Numbered from the stretch's first letter, positions 9,607 through 20,037 are shown. The stretch: 64,000 nucleotides of DNA from Hyphomicrobiales bacterium (GCA_051531935.1 JAOPTR010000007.1:130099-194098); one strand, 5' to 3'. A program made the numbers and translations. The notes: generated from the sequence alone by a model not told the origin.

Positions 9607-10680
9607 ATGACAGCATCAATTACAGTTAAAGATTTTGGCACATTAGAAAACGGTCAAAAAATTCAACATTTCACCTTAGATAATGGCAATGGCTGTCAAG
9701 TAGGCATTAGCGAATATGGCGCCATCATTACGAGCGTGCAATTCCCCGATAAAAACGGAAAAAGTGAAGAAGTCAGTTTTGGTTTTGATAATTTACCCGA
9801 CTATGTAAATAGCCAAGGTTCATTTGGCATCACCGTTGGCCGTTATGCCAACCGCATCGCAGGCGCACAATTTGAGTTAAATGGCAAAATCTATAAATTG
9901 GCAGCCAATGAAGGTGAAAACCAATTGCATGGTGGCGATGATGGTTTTGGATTCCAGCCATTTAAAGGCACACAAATCAAAACCGATAACGGCGTTGCTA
10001 TTAAGCTAGAACGCCTAAGTCCCGATGGCGAGGCAGGCTATCCAGGCGATCTTATGGTTGCGGTTATTTATGCCTTAAGTGCCGGTAACATTCTAACCAT
10101 CAAATATGAAGCCACAGCCAATCAAGACACTTATGTGATGATGACCAATCACGCTTATTTCAACCTAGATGGCTTAGCAGATGAAGGCAAAACTTCGGTT
10201 CTAGATCATGAGGTGACTTTGCACGGTAGTTTCATCGTGCCGATTGATGCCCAATCTATCCCCACTGGTGAACTTCGCCCTGTCGATAATACGCCGTTCG
10301 ATTTGCGCCAACCAACCCTCATCCGCAAAGGCACCGAAAACCCCGATGCCGAAATGCGCCAAGTCAATAATGGCTATGACATTAGTTATGTAATCGGCGC
10401 AGATGATGGCAAAATGAAAACCCACGCCTATGTAAGGGCAGCTCATTCTGGTCGTGCCTTAAAAGTGGTTAGTACGCAGCCATGCGTTCAATTTTATTCA
10501 GCGGTTAATTTGGGCAAAACCCAACTTCAAAATGGTAAAATAGTCAATAAATATGCAGGTTTTTGTCTAGAGCCACAAGGCTATACAAATGGCCCAAATA
10601 TCGCTCATTTTCCCACCAATCCATTGCGCGTTGGCGAAATTTATTCGCAGGTGATTGAATATCATTTCATAACCGAATAG
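9607..10680 (+). CDS. galM: Aldose 1-epimerase (galactose mutarotase)
   Basis: GRYANRI, NQLHGG, GYPGDL, TNHAYFNL and FCLEPQ. Confidence 0.92.
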   Translation: MTASITVKDFGTLENGQKIQHFTLDNGNGCQVGISEYGAIITSVQFPDKNGKSEEVSFGFDNLPDYVNSQGSFGITVGRYANRIAGAQFELNGKIYKLAANEGENQLHGGDDGFGFQPFKGTQIKTDNGVAIKLERLSPDGEAGYPGDLMVAVIYALSAGNILTIKYEATANQDTYVMMTNHAYFNLDGLADEGKTSVLDHEVTLHGSFIVPIDAQSIPTGELRPVDNTPFDLRQPTLIRKGTENPDAEMRQVNNGYDISYVIGADDGKMKTHAYVRAAHSGRALKVVSTQPCVQFYSAVNLGKTQLQNGKIVNKYAGFCLEPQGYTNGPNIAHFPTNPLRVGEIYSQVIEYHFITE

Positions 10681-10751
10681 CTCATCTTTATTTTAAAATA
10701 AGTTTTCTAAATTTCGATTCAACGCTTGACTCATGTTGACAATCCAAGTTA

Positions 10752-10766
10752 GAACAAAAAGAGAAC
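10752..10766 (+). promoter_or_regulatory. Alphaproteobacterial LexA (SOS) box
   Basis: Exact GAAC-AAAAAGA-GAAC (GAAC-N7-GAAC) ending 35 nt before the imuA ATG, with TTGACT and TTGACA hexamers just upstream (10726, 10736). Confidence 0.88.
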
Positions 10767-10801
10767 ACGAAGCTAAAATAAGAAAAATAAAGAGTCAAAT
10801 C

Positions 10802-11389
10802 ATGCGTTTAGAAGAGCCAAAAAACACCATAAATCAATTGCTTTGCGTCGGCAATCACGAGCTTTTTGGTGGCTTTTCAACTTATTTTGTGCTTATGCAA
10901 TTATTGCACAATGAGCAACAGACCATTTGGTTAAAGGGTAAAAATGATAGTGATTATCTATACCCAAATGCCGTTGCAAATTTGGGCATAAATTTACAAA
11001 ACATCACTTTCATCACCTATCAAAAACAACAACAAGCCTTGTGGATTATGGAAGAAGCTTTGCGCTCAGGTGCTGTTGGCACTGTGGTGGCCGAAGGCGT
11101 AAAGCAACCTAATTTATTACAAAGCAGACGGCTTAATTTAGCCGCCGAAAAAGGTCACGCAAAATCTTTTATGTTATTGCAAGGCGCATCACAAAACACC
11201 AATAGCGCCATGACACGTTGGCAAATCGGCACATCTACTGGCCTGCAAAATCAATATCAAGTTAAACTTTTAAGAAGCCGCCAAAAAGGCTTCATTTCGG
11301 GAGAGGGCAATTGGATTATGGACATTGAAAATGAAAAATTTTATATCGATACATCTCCCGCATTTGGAGCTCAACAAATTAGCGCATGA
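10802..11389 (+). CDS. imuA: ImuA-like protein (RecA-like SOS mutagenesis accessory)
   Basis: ALWIMEEALRSGAVGTVVAE, SRRLNLAAE and SAMTRWQI; first gene of imuABC. Start moved to 10802 because the LexA box lies inside the longer ORF call. Confidence 0.8.
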   Translation: MRLEEPKNTINQLLCVGNHELFGGFSTYFVLMQLLHNEQQTIWLKGKNDSDYLYPNAVANLGINLQNITFITYQKQQQALWIMEEALRSGAVGTVVAEGVKQPNLLQSRRLNLAAEKGHAKSFMLLQGASQNTNSAMTRWQIGTSTGLQNQYQVKLLRSRQKGFISGEGNWIMDIENEKFYIDTSPAFGAQQISA

Positions 11390-12815
11390 ATGTACAAATA
11401 TATGGGCCGAACAAGCCTGTGTGGTTGCCACTAAAATTGGCAATAAAGACATCATCATTGATGCCAATAAATTTGCGATACAGCATAATATTGCGGCAGG
11501 GCAAAGCCTCACAAAGGCTTTGGCATGTTTCGATGGCCTAACTGTATATCAGCATAATGCCGAGCAACAGCAGGTCACACTTAAAAAAATCGCTCGATAT
11601 TGCCTCAAATATACCCCTAAAATAATGCTCGATGGGCAGCAGAATTTGTGGCTAGATGCCACGGGCTGCGCACATTTATGGGGCGGCGAACAAGCCATGC
11701 TGCAACAGATTATATACGATTTCGAAGCCATGGGTTTTGAAACAAAATTAGCCATGGCAAGCAATATGCGCGCCGCCACAGCACTCGCGCATAAAGCCCC
11801 CCTTACAACATATATCCACCATCACAATAAACCAGATGAACGGGCGAGCATACTCAATTTACCAATAGAATATTTAGATATTGATGGCGCTCTGGTGGCG
11901 CAATTACAGCGGCTTGGCCTGCGGATAATTAATGATTTATTGCCGCTTAAATCAGCAGCCTTGGTTAAACGGTTTGGCCAAGGCTTATTGCAAAATCTAA
12001 ACCAAGCCCTCGGGCATGAGGCACAAGCCTTTAACCCCTATAAATTCAGTCAAATTTATCAGGTTGAAACCCCATTTTCCGAGCCAGTTATGCTCACTGA
12101 CTATTTGGAGTTAGAGCTTAAAACATTGCTCACTAAATTAGTAAAAATATTAGCCGCAGAAGATAAAGCACCACGTCACTTAACATTGACAATTTTCAAG
12201 CCAGACCATAGCCAACAACATATTGAAATCGGCACCGCACGGCCAGATTTAGAAACAAAAAACCTACTCAAATTATTCTCACTGCATTTAGATGATTTGG
12301 TTGCCGAGTTTGGCATTGATAAAATGCAATTAACCGCCAATTCAGTCGAGGATTATATACCCAAAAATAACGACTACCTAACCGATAGAAAAATCGAAAC
12401 CACCCCACTTAGTCATTTGTTCGACCATATCGGCAACCGCATCGGGTTCGATAACATCATCAATTATTTACCCGCCCAAAGCCACATTCCCGAGCGCGCT
12501 TATCAACGGTTTAAACATGGCAATGATAAAAGCGATAAAACATGGGCAACAACCAATATAAAACGCCCCATGCGCTTGCTCATTCAACCGTTTATCTTGT
12601 TTGATTTCAGCTTCGATGGCTTTGATTATCAAGGTGAAAAACAGTATATAGTCAGCAAAGCAGGGCCAGAACGCATTTCACCCGAATGGTGGTGGGATGA
12701 CCCTTTGTGGCAGGATGGCACGCGTGATTATTGGTGGCTGCTAAGCCAAACGGGTCGACAATTTTGGGTATTCGTTACGGCAAAGAAACGTTATTTTTTA
12801 CATGGTCTTTCTTAA
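11331..12815 (+). CDS. imuB: ImuB, inactive Y-family polymerase
   Basis: WLDATGCAHLWGGE, SHIPERA and GPERISPEWW...RDYW; lies between imuA and dnaE2. Confidence 0.88.
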   Translation: MKNFISIHLPHLELNKLAHECTNIWAEQACVVATKIGNKDIIIDANKFAIQHNIAAGQSLTKALACFDGLTVYQHNAEQQQVTLKKIARYCLKYTPKIMLDGQQNLWLDATGCAHLWGGEQAMLQQIIYDFEAMGFETKLAMASNMRAATALAHKAPLTTYIHHHNKPDERASILNLPIEYLDIDGALVAQLQRLGLRIINDLLPLKSAALVKRFGQGLLQNLNQALGHEAQAFNPYKFSQIYQVETPFSEPVMLTDYLELELKTLLTKLVKILAAEDKAPRHLTLTIFKPDHSQQHIEIGTARPDLETKNLLKLFSLHLDDLVAEFGIDKMQLTANSVEDYIPKNNDYLTDRKIETTPLSHLFDHIGNRIGFDNIINYLPAQSHIPERAYQRFKHGNDKSDKTWATTNIKRPMRLLIQPFILFDFSFDGFDYQGEKQYIVSKAGPERISPEWWWDDPLWQDGTRDYWWLLSQTGRQFWVFVTAKKRYFLHGLS

Positions 12816-12827
12816 AGGCTCACCATC

Positions 12828-15800
12828 ATGAAATATTATGCAGAATTACAAATAATATCGGCCTTTAGTTTTCTAGAAGGCGCCAGCCAAGCCGATGAAT
12901 TGGTGGCGCAAGCCTGCAAACTTAAGCATGATGCCGTCTCAATTGCCGATCGCAATACACTGGCAGGTGTGGTGCGCATGCACGCCGCCATAAATCACTA
13001 TAAAAAAACCAAAACCTCAACCGATAAAGACATTAAACTTCTGGTAGGCGCACGGCTCGATTTGATAGATGGCCAAAGCTTACTTTGTTACCCCACCGAC
13101 CGCGCAGCCTACGGGCGCCTATCGCGGCTCATTTCATTAGGTCGCCGCCGCGCCGAAAAAGGCCATTGCAAAATCAGCCTCAAAGATGTGATAGATTATA
13201 GCGAGGGGCAGATTTTCATTTACCTGCCGCCCCATATCATCCCATATGATTTTAAAACCCAACTGACAATTTGTAAAAAACATTTCCCGCAATTTTACAC
13301 GGCACTCACCCATTCATACCGCAGTGATGATGCCAACCGATTGCAAAAAATTGCCGATATATGTGAAAATTTGCAAATAGAGATTGTCGCCACTAACAAC
13401 GTGCTCATGCACCATAAATCTCGCAAACCGATGGCCGATATCCTCACCTGCATGAGGGAAAAAATAACCATTGAGCAAATTGGCACAAAGGCTTTAATGA
13501 ATGGCGAGCAATGCCTAAAATCATCAGACTTGATGTATAAGATATTCAACAATTTTCCCAACGCGCTAAAAAATGTCCAAAAAATTGCCAATGAAATCAA
13601 ATTTAACCTCGATCAATTGGGTTATGATTACCCTAAAGAGGTTTCACCCAATGGCCGCACCGCACATGATGAGTTAATTTATTTAGTCAACCATGCCGCA
13701 AAACGAATTTACCCCCGCGGCATGACAGATAAAGTTGCCGCATTGGTACAACACGAATTTGAAATCATTAAATTAAAAGACATCGCGGCCTATTTTTTAA
13801 CAGTATTCGACATTGTACGTTTTGCCCGAAGCCAAGATATACTGTGCCAAGGCCGTGGTTCAGCCGCCAATAGTGCCATTTGTTACATTCTAGGCATCAC
13901 CGCTGTCCCGCCCGAAAATAGCGAAATGCTGTTCGAGCGCTTCATATCAGTAGATCGCGATGAACCACCAGATATAGATGTTGATTTCGAGCATGAAAGG
14001 CGCGAAGAGGTCATCCAATATGTCTATCAAAAATATGGCCGCGACCGTGCTGGTATTACCGCCACAGTCACACATTTTCGCTTTAAAGGCGCCATGCGCG
14101 AGGTCAGTAAAGCCATGGGTATGTCCGATGATATGATAGACCGTTTAACCGCGCAAAAATTCCATTGGACAAATGAACGTTTAAGCGATGAAGAGTTGAA
14201 GCAAGCAGGCTTCAACCCCAAAGACATGCGCCTGCGCCAAGTGGTCGATTTGGCGCATGAACTTAATGGTTTTCCTAGGCATTTAGGCCAACATGTTGGG
14301 GGTTTTGTCATCACAGCAGGGCGGTTAGATGAGCTAGTGCCAATCGAAAACGCACGTATGGAAGACAGAAGCATCATCGAATGGGATAAGAATGATATTG
14401 ATGAATTGGGCATTCTAAAAGTAGATATTTTGGCTCTCGGCATGCTCACCTGCATCCGCAAAGCATTGCACCTCATCCATAGTCATTATGGCAAAAAATA
14501 CACATTGGCGACTGTTCCTAAAGATGACCCTGTGACTTATGATATGCTCTGCAAAGGCGATAGTGTCGGGGTGTTTCAAGTCGAAAGCCGCGCCCAAATG
14601 GCGTTTTTACCACGCATGCAACCTCGTAATTTTTACGATCTGGTAATCGAGGTCGCCATCGTTCGCCCAGGGCCCATCCAAGGCGGCATGGTGCATCCAT
14701 ATATCCAAAGGCGCGACAGGCAACGCGAGGATAAAAATTATAAAGTCAAATATCCATCAAAGGAATTAGAAGAGGTGCTAAAACGCACATTAGGCGTGCC
14801 GCTTTTTCAGGAACAAGCTATGAAAATGGCCGAGGTGGCCGCAGGTTTTACCCCATCTGAGGCCGATCAATTGCGACGTTCAATGGCCACTTTCAAACAT
14901 GCTGGCACCATTTCATCCCACAAAGGCAAGTTTCTTGCAGGTATGAAAGAACGCGGATATGAAGACGACTTTGCCGAACGTTGTTTCAAACAAATCGAAG
15001 GCTTTGGCGAATACGGCTTCCCCGAAAGTCATGCTGCTAGTTTCGCCATCTTGGTCTATATCAGCGCGTGGATCAAATGCCACTATCCCGATATTTTCGC
15101 TTGTGCTATTTTAAATTCTCAGCCAATGGGCTTTTACGCTCCTGCGCAACTCGTAAGCGATGCGCGCAATCATATGGTCGAAGTGCGCCCGCCCGATGTT
15201 AATTATTCAATGTGGGACAATAGCCTAGAAGCGTTACGCCATAAAAAAATCACCAAATATGCCCATATAGATTATGCCTTGCGCATTGGCCTCAGGCAAA
15301 TAAAAGGTATTAAAAAAACAGATGCAGAATGGCTTGTGGCCGCCCGTAATAATGGTTATGTCGAACCCAAAGACATTTGGCGACGCGCTAATATTTTGCC
15401 CAAAGCGTTAGAAAAACTCGCCAATGCCGATGCTTTTGGCTCTATGAATCTAAAACGCCGCGATGTAATTTGGCAATTAAAAGGCATAAAGGGGTTAGAG
15501 CCATTACCGCTTTTTGCAGCATGTGATGAAGATGATGATGGCATCGAGAGCTTAGATGATTTGCAACATTTGCCCGATATGACAGCAGGACAACATGTTG
15601 TCGAAGATTATGCATCATATGGTCTGTCACTTAAAAGTCACCCGATGAAAATCCTGCGGCCATTAACAGGCGGCGAAAAACACGATACTCTGCTAGAGCG
15701 CAGTTTGGTAAAATCCATCACCGTTACAGGTATTGTGATGGCGCGCCAACGCCCAGGTACGGCCAAAGGCGTGTGCTTTATAACGCTAGAAGATGAAACA

Positions 15801-16082
15801 GGCACCGCCAACATCATCACATGGCCAAAAGTGTTCGAAAAATATAAACGCGAAGTGTTTTTCTCGCGGCTTATGCGGGTTAAAGGCGTGTTAGAACGCA
15901 AAGGCATTGTCGCGCATATCATAGCCTATGAGATAGAAGATTTATCGCATTTGCTAGACTATATGCGTTTGCCCCACTTCCCCGATCAAAAACAACTCAC
16001 AGATGGTCAGGTGCAAGGCACAACCCCACACCATCCACGCCAATATCACCGGCGGCTATTCCCATCCAGAGATTTTCACTAG
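12828..16082 (+). CDS. dnaE2: Error-prone DNA polymerase DnaE2 (ImuC)
   Basis: PHP domain, QGRGSAANS, PPDIDVDFEHERREE, GFPESHA and the diagnostic C-terminal SRDFH. Confidence 0.96.
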   Translation: MKYYAELQIISAFSFLEGASQADELVAQACKLKHDAVSIADRNTLAGVVRMHAAINHYKKTKTSTDKDIKLLVGARLDLIDGQSLLCYPTDRAAYGRLSRLISLGRRRAEKGHCKISLKDVIDYSEGQIFIYLPPHIIPYDFKTQLTICKKHFPQFYTALTHSYRSDDANRLQKIADICENLQIEIVATNNVLMHHKSRKPMADILTCMREKITIEQIGTKALMNGEQCLKSSDLMYKIFNNFPNALKNVQKIANEIKFNLDQLGYDYPKEVSPNGRTAHDELIYLVNHAAKRIYPRGMTDKVAALVQHEFEIIKLKDIAAYFLTVFDIVRFARSQDILCQGRGSAANSAICYILGITAVPPENSEMLFERFISVDRDEPPDIDVDFEHERREEVIQYVYQKYGRDRAGITATVTHFRFKGAMREVSKAMGMSDDMIDRLTAQKFHWTNERLSDEELKQAGFNPKDMRLRQVVDLAHELNGFPRHLGQHVGGFVITAGRLDELVPIENARMEDRSIIEWDKNDIDELGILKVDILALGMLTCIRKALHLIHSHYGKKYTLATVPKDDPVTYDMLCKGDSVGVFQVESRAQMAFLPRMQPRNFYDLVIEVAIVRPGPIQGGMVHPYIQRRDRQREDKNYKVKYPSKELEEVLKRTLGVPLFQEQAMKMAEVAAGFTPSEADQLRRSMATFKHAGTISSHKGKFLAGMKERGYEDDFAERCFKQIEGFGEYGFPESHAASFAILVYISAWIKCHYPDIFACAILNSQPMGFYAPAQLVSDARNHMVEVRPPDVNYSMWDNSLEALRHKKITKYAHIDYALRIGLRQIKGIKKTDAEWLVAARNNGYVEPKDIWRRANILPKALEKLANADAFGSMNLKRRDVIWQLKGIKGLEPLPLFAACDEDDDGIESLDDLQHLPDMTAGQHVVEDYASYGLSLKSHPMKILRPLTGGEKHDTLLERSLVKSITVTGIVMARQRPGTAKGVCFITLEDETGTANIITWPKVFEKYKREVFFSRLMRVKGVLERKGIVAHIIAYEIEDLSHLLDYMRLPHFPDQKQLTDGQVQGTTPHHPRQYHRRLFPSRDFH

Positions 16083-16083
16083 A

Positions 16084-16974
16084 TTAGCCATCTATATAAT
16101 TGCGCCAATTGTGCTGCTCTTTAAAGCCCAACATATCTTTTATTTTACGGTTAGAAAATAAAGCTTCAAACTCGCCTAGTTCTTGAGTTACAGGTACGTT
16201 CGGGTAAAAACGTTTAAGCAAATCGGCCGTTGGCAAAATAGCCCCCGTTGTGTCATTGCCCGCGTTAAACACTTGGTAGCCAAGCCCATCTGTTTTGCAG
16301 CAAAGGTCAGCAATTTGCCCCAAATCCCGCGCATCAATATAACTAAATGCATTGCGGCGGCGCACTTCTGGGTTGGCAAAATAATCAGGGAATAATGTTT
16401 CATATTCATGCGGTTCAATCACGTTACCAATGCGCAAGCAATAAATGTCATTGCCAAAACGGCGTTGGAAAGACCGCGCTGTTTTTTCATTCACCACTTT
16501 AGATAAGCCATAGCTATCCATCGGGTCAACGTCATAATCTTCTAATTGCGGCAAACTACCAGGGTCAACTTCACCGTCAGAGAAACAAACGCCATAAGTG
16601 GTTTCAGATGAAGCGATCACGATTTTAGGAATGCCCAATTTGCAAGCCGCTTCAATTACATTATAAGTGCCAATTGCATTGATCCGAAAACACTCATTAT
16701 CCGAATTAATCAAAATCCGCGCCACAGCCGCAAAATGCACAACAGCATCAAACTTTGGCACGCCAGTACCAGGTTCCAACTCTTCAAAGCCACCATAGCC
16801 GCTTAAAATGTTAAACATTTGGCCAGAATCTGTAATGTCAGCAATCATATCATGTACATCAGGGTGGTTAAGCGGTGTCATATCTAAATTCACCACTTTA
16901 TGGCCTTGTGCAACAAGGTATGCAATGGCGTGTCTGCCCGCTTTGCCGGCTCCGCCTGTAAATAAAATTCTCAT
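16084..16974 (-). CDS. NAD-dependent epimerase/dehydratase family protein
   Basis: TGGAGKAG Rossmann motif, ASSETTYG and catalytic YGLSK. Confidence 0.9.
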   Translation of the reverse strand: MRILFTGGAGKAGRHAIAYLVAQGHKVVNLDMTPLNHPDVHDMIADITDSGQMFNILSGYGGFEELEPGTGVPKFDAVVHFAAVARILINSDNECFRINAIGTYNVIEAACKLGIPKIVIASSETTYGVCFSDGEVDPGSLPQLEDYDVDPMDSYGLSKVVNEKTARSFQRRFGNDIYCLRIGNVIEPHEYETLFPDYFANPEVRRRNAFSYIDARDLGQIADLCCKTDGLGYQVFNAGNDTTGAILPTADLLKRFYPNVPVTQELGEFEALFSNRKIKDMLGFKEQHNWRNYIDG

Positions 16975-17103
16975 AAAAACCTCCTGAATGAATATTTGAA
17001 TTAACGTTAACTAACATGTCAGAGCGGTGCGGTAAATATAATTTTCATCTGTTCAGTTTGGCGACAGCTATTGGCGGTAAACATATTTAGCGCCACAAAA
17101 GGA

Positions 17104-17946
17104 ATGATGATGAAAAAACCAATTAAATATATAGCCATTGTTTTCGGTATTTTCCTTGCGAGTTCAGCCAATGCTGCGGTTGAGCTGCAAACAGATGCAG
17201 ATAAAAACCTGGTATTAGATTATTTGCAAAATGTAATGGCTGCTAAAAACCCAAAAATTGTAGATCAATATATGGCAGAGAATATCATTCAGCATGGGCC
17301 ACGCGCTGCCGACGGCTTAAAGGGGATGAAAAAATACCTAAAATCTCAACCGGGTGGCAAAACACCGATGAAAATAGAGCCATTCCGCATTTTAAAAGAA
17401 GATGATTTAATAATTGTCGAAACAAATTTATTTAACGCCAACCGCGACCAGCATTATATGCACATGTTCCGAGTTGAAAATAATAAAATCATCGAATATT
17501 GGGAAGGTGAGGCGAGTATAAGACCCGATAAGCCCAATCAATTCAAAGGTCCAAATAAAATCAGTGACCTAGACAAAACACAACAGAATAAACTGCTAGC
17601 CATAGATTTTATAAACGATGTCTATGTCGAAGAAAATGCCGAAAAAGCAATTGATTATGTTGCCGCTAATTTTTTACAACATGACACCAGAAAAAACTCA
17701 GGCGCCCAAGGAGTTGTAGATTATATAAATAAACAGAAAAAAAGGAAAATGGGTTTTCGCTATGTAACCATGCATCATGTGATTGCCGAAGGTAATTTTG
17801 TGATGATTTTGGGTGAAGCGAAACTAGCCAAAGCTAAATTCTCAGTCTTCGATATTTACCGAATTGAAGATGGTAAAATAGCCGAACATTGGAATGTAAC
17901 CGAAAAAACACCCCATAAAATGAGGCACAAGAATACTAGTTTTTAA
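17104..17946 (+). CDS. Secreted tandem SnoaL-like (NTF2-fold) protein
   Basis: Sec-type signal (KKPIKY...ANA) and two repeats of the pattern NK.L...(I/L)QH...(F/Y)R.E..KI.E(Y/H)W. Confidence 0.75.
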   Translation: MMMKKPIKYIAIVFGIFLASSANAAVELQTDADKNLVLDYLQNVMAAKNPKIVDQYMAENIIQHGPRAADGLKGMKKYLKSQPGGKTPMKIEPFRILKEDDLIIVETNLFNANRDQHYMHMFRVENNKIIEYWEGEASIRPDKPNQFKGPNKISDLDKTQQNKLLAIDFINDVYVEENAEKAIDYVAANFLQHDTRKNSGAQGVVDYINKQKKRKMGFRYVTMHHVIAEGNFVMILGEAKLAKAKFSVFDIYRIEDGKIAEHWNVTEKTPHKMRHKNTSF

Positions 17947-18053
17947 CCGCAACCTTATGAAATTGCGCAAATTCAATCTATTGTTTATAGTCTCAAAAAT
18001 AAGCATTTCAAACAAAAGGCATAAATTTTAATGTCACTAAAAACAGGCACAAT

Positions 18054-18710
18054 ATGCGCGTTTTATTTGTAGAGGATGATCATATATTAGGCTCTGCTGT
18101 GCGCGATCACATCATTGCCGAAGGCCATAGTGTCGATTGGTTCGAGTTCATAAAAGATGCCGAACATGCAGCAAAAACTGTCGATTATGAACTCATATTG
18201 CTCGATTTGGGTTTGCCAGATGGCAATGGCCTAGATTTACTACGCCACCTGCGCCAAAATGGCGACCTAACCCCGATAATTATCACCACAGCGCAAGACC
18301 AAGTGGCTGTGCGTATAGATGGTCTCAATAGCGGTGCCGATGATTATATGGTAAAACCGTTTGATTTAGGCGAGCTGAGTGCGCGCTTAACAGCCGTTGC
18401 ACGTCGCTATAATGGCGTGGCAAATAATGTTAAAACCCTTGGTGATATTGACATAGATTTTGACCGTAAAATAGTCACAAAAGCCGCGCAATTAGTGGCG
18501 TTAACAGCGCGAGAATGGGCAGTGTTAGATCGCTTAATGCGCAACGTAAATGCCATCGTTTCAAAAGACGATATAGAAACCTCACTCTATGCCTTTGGCG
18601 CAGAGGTGGCAAGCAATGCAGTCGAGGTTTATGTCAGCCGTTTGCGTAAAAAATTAGGCAAAAACATCATAACCACCATTCGTGGAATGGGGTATCAAAT
18701 CAATGGCTAA
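18054..18710 (+). CDS. OmpR/QseB-family response regulator
   Basis: VEDD, LLDLGLPDG, GADDYMVKPF and winged helix SNAVEVYVSRLRKKLG. Confidence 0.93.
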   Translation: MRVLFVEDDHILGSAVRDHIIAEGHSVDWFEFIKDAEHAAKTVDYELILLDLGLPDGNGLDLLRHLRQNGDLTPIIITTAQDQVAVRIDGLNSGADDYMVKPFDLGELSARLTAVARRYNGVANNVKTLGDIDIDFDRKIVTKAAQLVALTAREWAVLDRLMRNVNAIVSKDDIETSLYAFGAEVASNAVEVYVSRLRKKLGKNIITTIRGMGYQING

Positions 18711-20037
18711 ACATAAACAAATTTCTATCAGCTTGCGCTTGGCAATAGGGCTCTCAATTGGGGTGGCTATATTGTGGTTAGGGGCAGCCGTTATTTCCAC
18801 ATTGGTTATGCAAAATGAACTTTCTCACACATTAGATGGGCGGCTTAAAAAAAGTGCAAAGCTAATATTGCCGCTGGCAATCTATAGTCACAAACAATCA
18901 AAAAATGCCAATGCAGATCCTTTGCACCTTCCGGGTTTGGACAGTATTCCCTACATAATTTTAGATGAAGAAAACCGCCTCATAATTTTTTCAGACCATC
19001 CCAAAGGTTTGAAAACTCCAAAATTAAAAATTGTCGAAGGATTTTCCAATATTGGCACAAGGCGACAATTTGGTTATGTAGATCGCTCGAGTGGATATAG
19101 CATTCAAGTGTTCGAAACAATTTCAGACAGAAATAAATTATTGGCCGAAAGCGTCAAAGCGCTATTGTGGCCATTAGCAGCCATCATCCCACTGGTTATC
19201 ATCATCATTTGGTTGGTTGTGCGCATGGCAATGCGGCCGCTAAAACAATTAAGTAGCGACATAGCCAAACGAGATGGCAACAATCTAACACCGCTCACAA
19301 CTCATGCTCACCCCAAGGAATTAGCACCCATCGCCAATGAGGTGGCGGAGCTGTTAACGCGGCTTGATGCTGCGCTAAAAGCCGAACGAAGTTTTGCTGC
19401 CAGTAGCGCGCACGAACTGCGCACCCCCATTGCAGGCGCATTGGCACAAACTCAACGCTTGGCAATCGAACTTGGTCAAAAGACAGGGGCAAAACGGTTA
19501 AAAGAAATTGAGAAATCGCTCAGAAATTTATCCGATTTAGCAGAAAAATTATTGCAATTATCGCGGTTAGAATCAGGATTTGCCAAAACAACAAAATCTA
19601 TAAATTTAATGCCAGTACTAAATTTAGTTATCACAGAGTTTAAACCCAAATTGAATGTAAATTTAAACCTAGCACAAGGTGTGCAGCTGCAAAGTTACAT
19701 AAATGAGGATGCGTTTTTCATTGCCTTTCGAAATCTAGTGCAAAATGCATATATTCATGGCGATGGCAAAACTGTCGAAATAGACCTGCCCGAAAATAAC
19801 ATTGTTATAGTTCGAAATAAAAGCGAGGCTCTGAACCCCGAAATATTAGCAAAAATCGGTGAAGCGTTTGTGCGCGGTGGCTCAAGGTCAGAAGGCTCAG
19901 GTCTCGGCCTGTCTATTATACGCTCAATCATGCTGCAAGCGGGCGGCGAGCTATTGCTTAATTCACCCGCAACAGGCAAAGCTGACGGTTTTGAAGCCAT
20001 ATTAAAACTACCCCAAAATCGCCATTTTGATGATTAA
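18703..20037 (+). CDS. Sensor histidine kinase (QseC-like)
   Basis: Two TM helices, HAMP, H-box AHELRTP, NLVQNA and GSGLGLSI. Confidence 0.92.
   Translation: MAKHKQISISLRLAIGLSIGVAILWLGAAVISTLVMQNELSHTLDGRLKKSAKLILPLAIYSHKQSKNANADPLHLPGLDSIPYIILDEENRLIIFSDHPKGLKTPKLKIVEGFSNIGTRRQFGYVDRSSGYSIQVFETISDRNKLLAESVKALLWPLAAIIPLVIIIIWLVVRMAMRPLKQLSSDIAKRDGNNLTPLTTHAHPKELAPIANEVAELLTRLDAALKAERSFAASSAHELRTPIAGALAQTQRLAIELGQKTGAKRLKEIEKSLRNLSDLAEKLLQLSRLESGFAKTTKSINLMPVLNLVITEFKPKLNVNLNLAQGVQLQSYINEDAFFIAFRNLVQNAYIHGDGKTVEIDLPENNIVIVRNKSEALNPEILAKIGEAFVRGGSRSEGSGLGLSIIRSIMLQAGGELLLNSPATGKADGFEAILKLPQNRHFDD

Noticed and set aside
10733-10801. N-terminal extension of imuA in the ORF track
   Set aside because: It contains the LexA box and promoter hexamers; the ATG at 10802 is the more plausible start.
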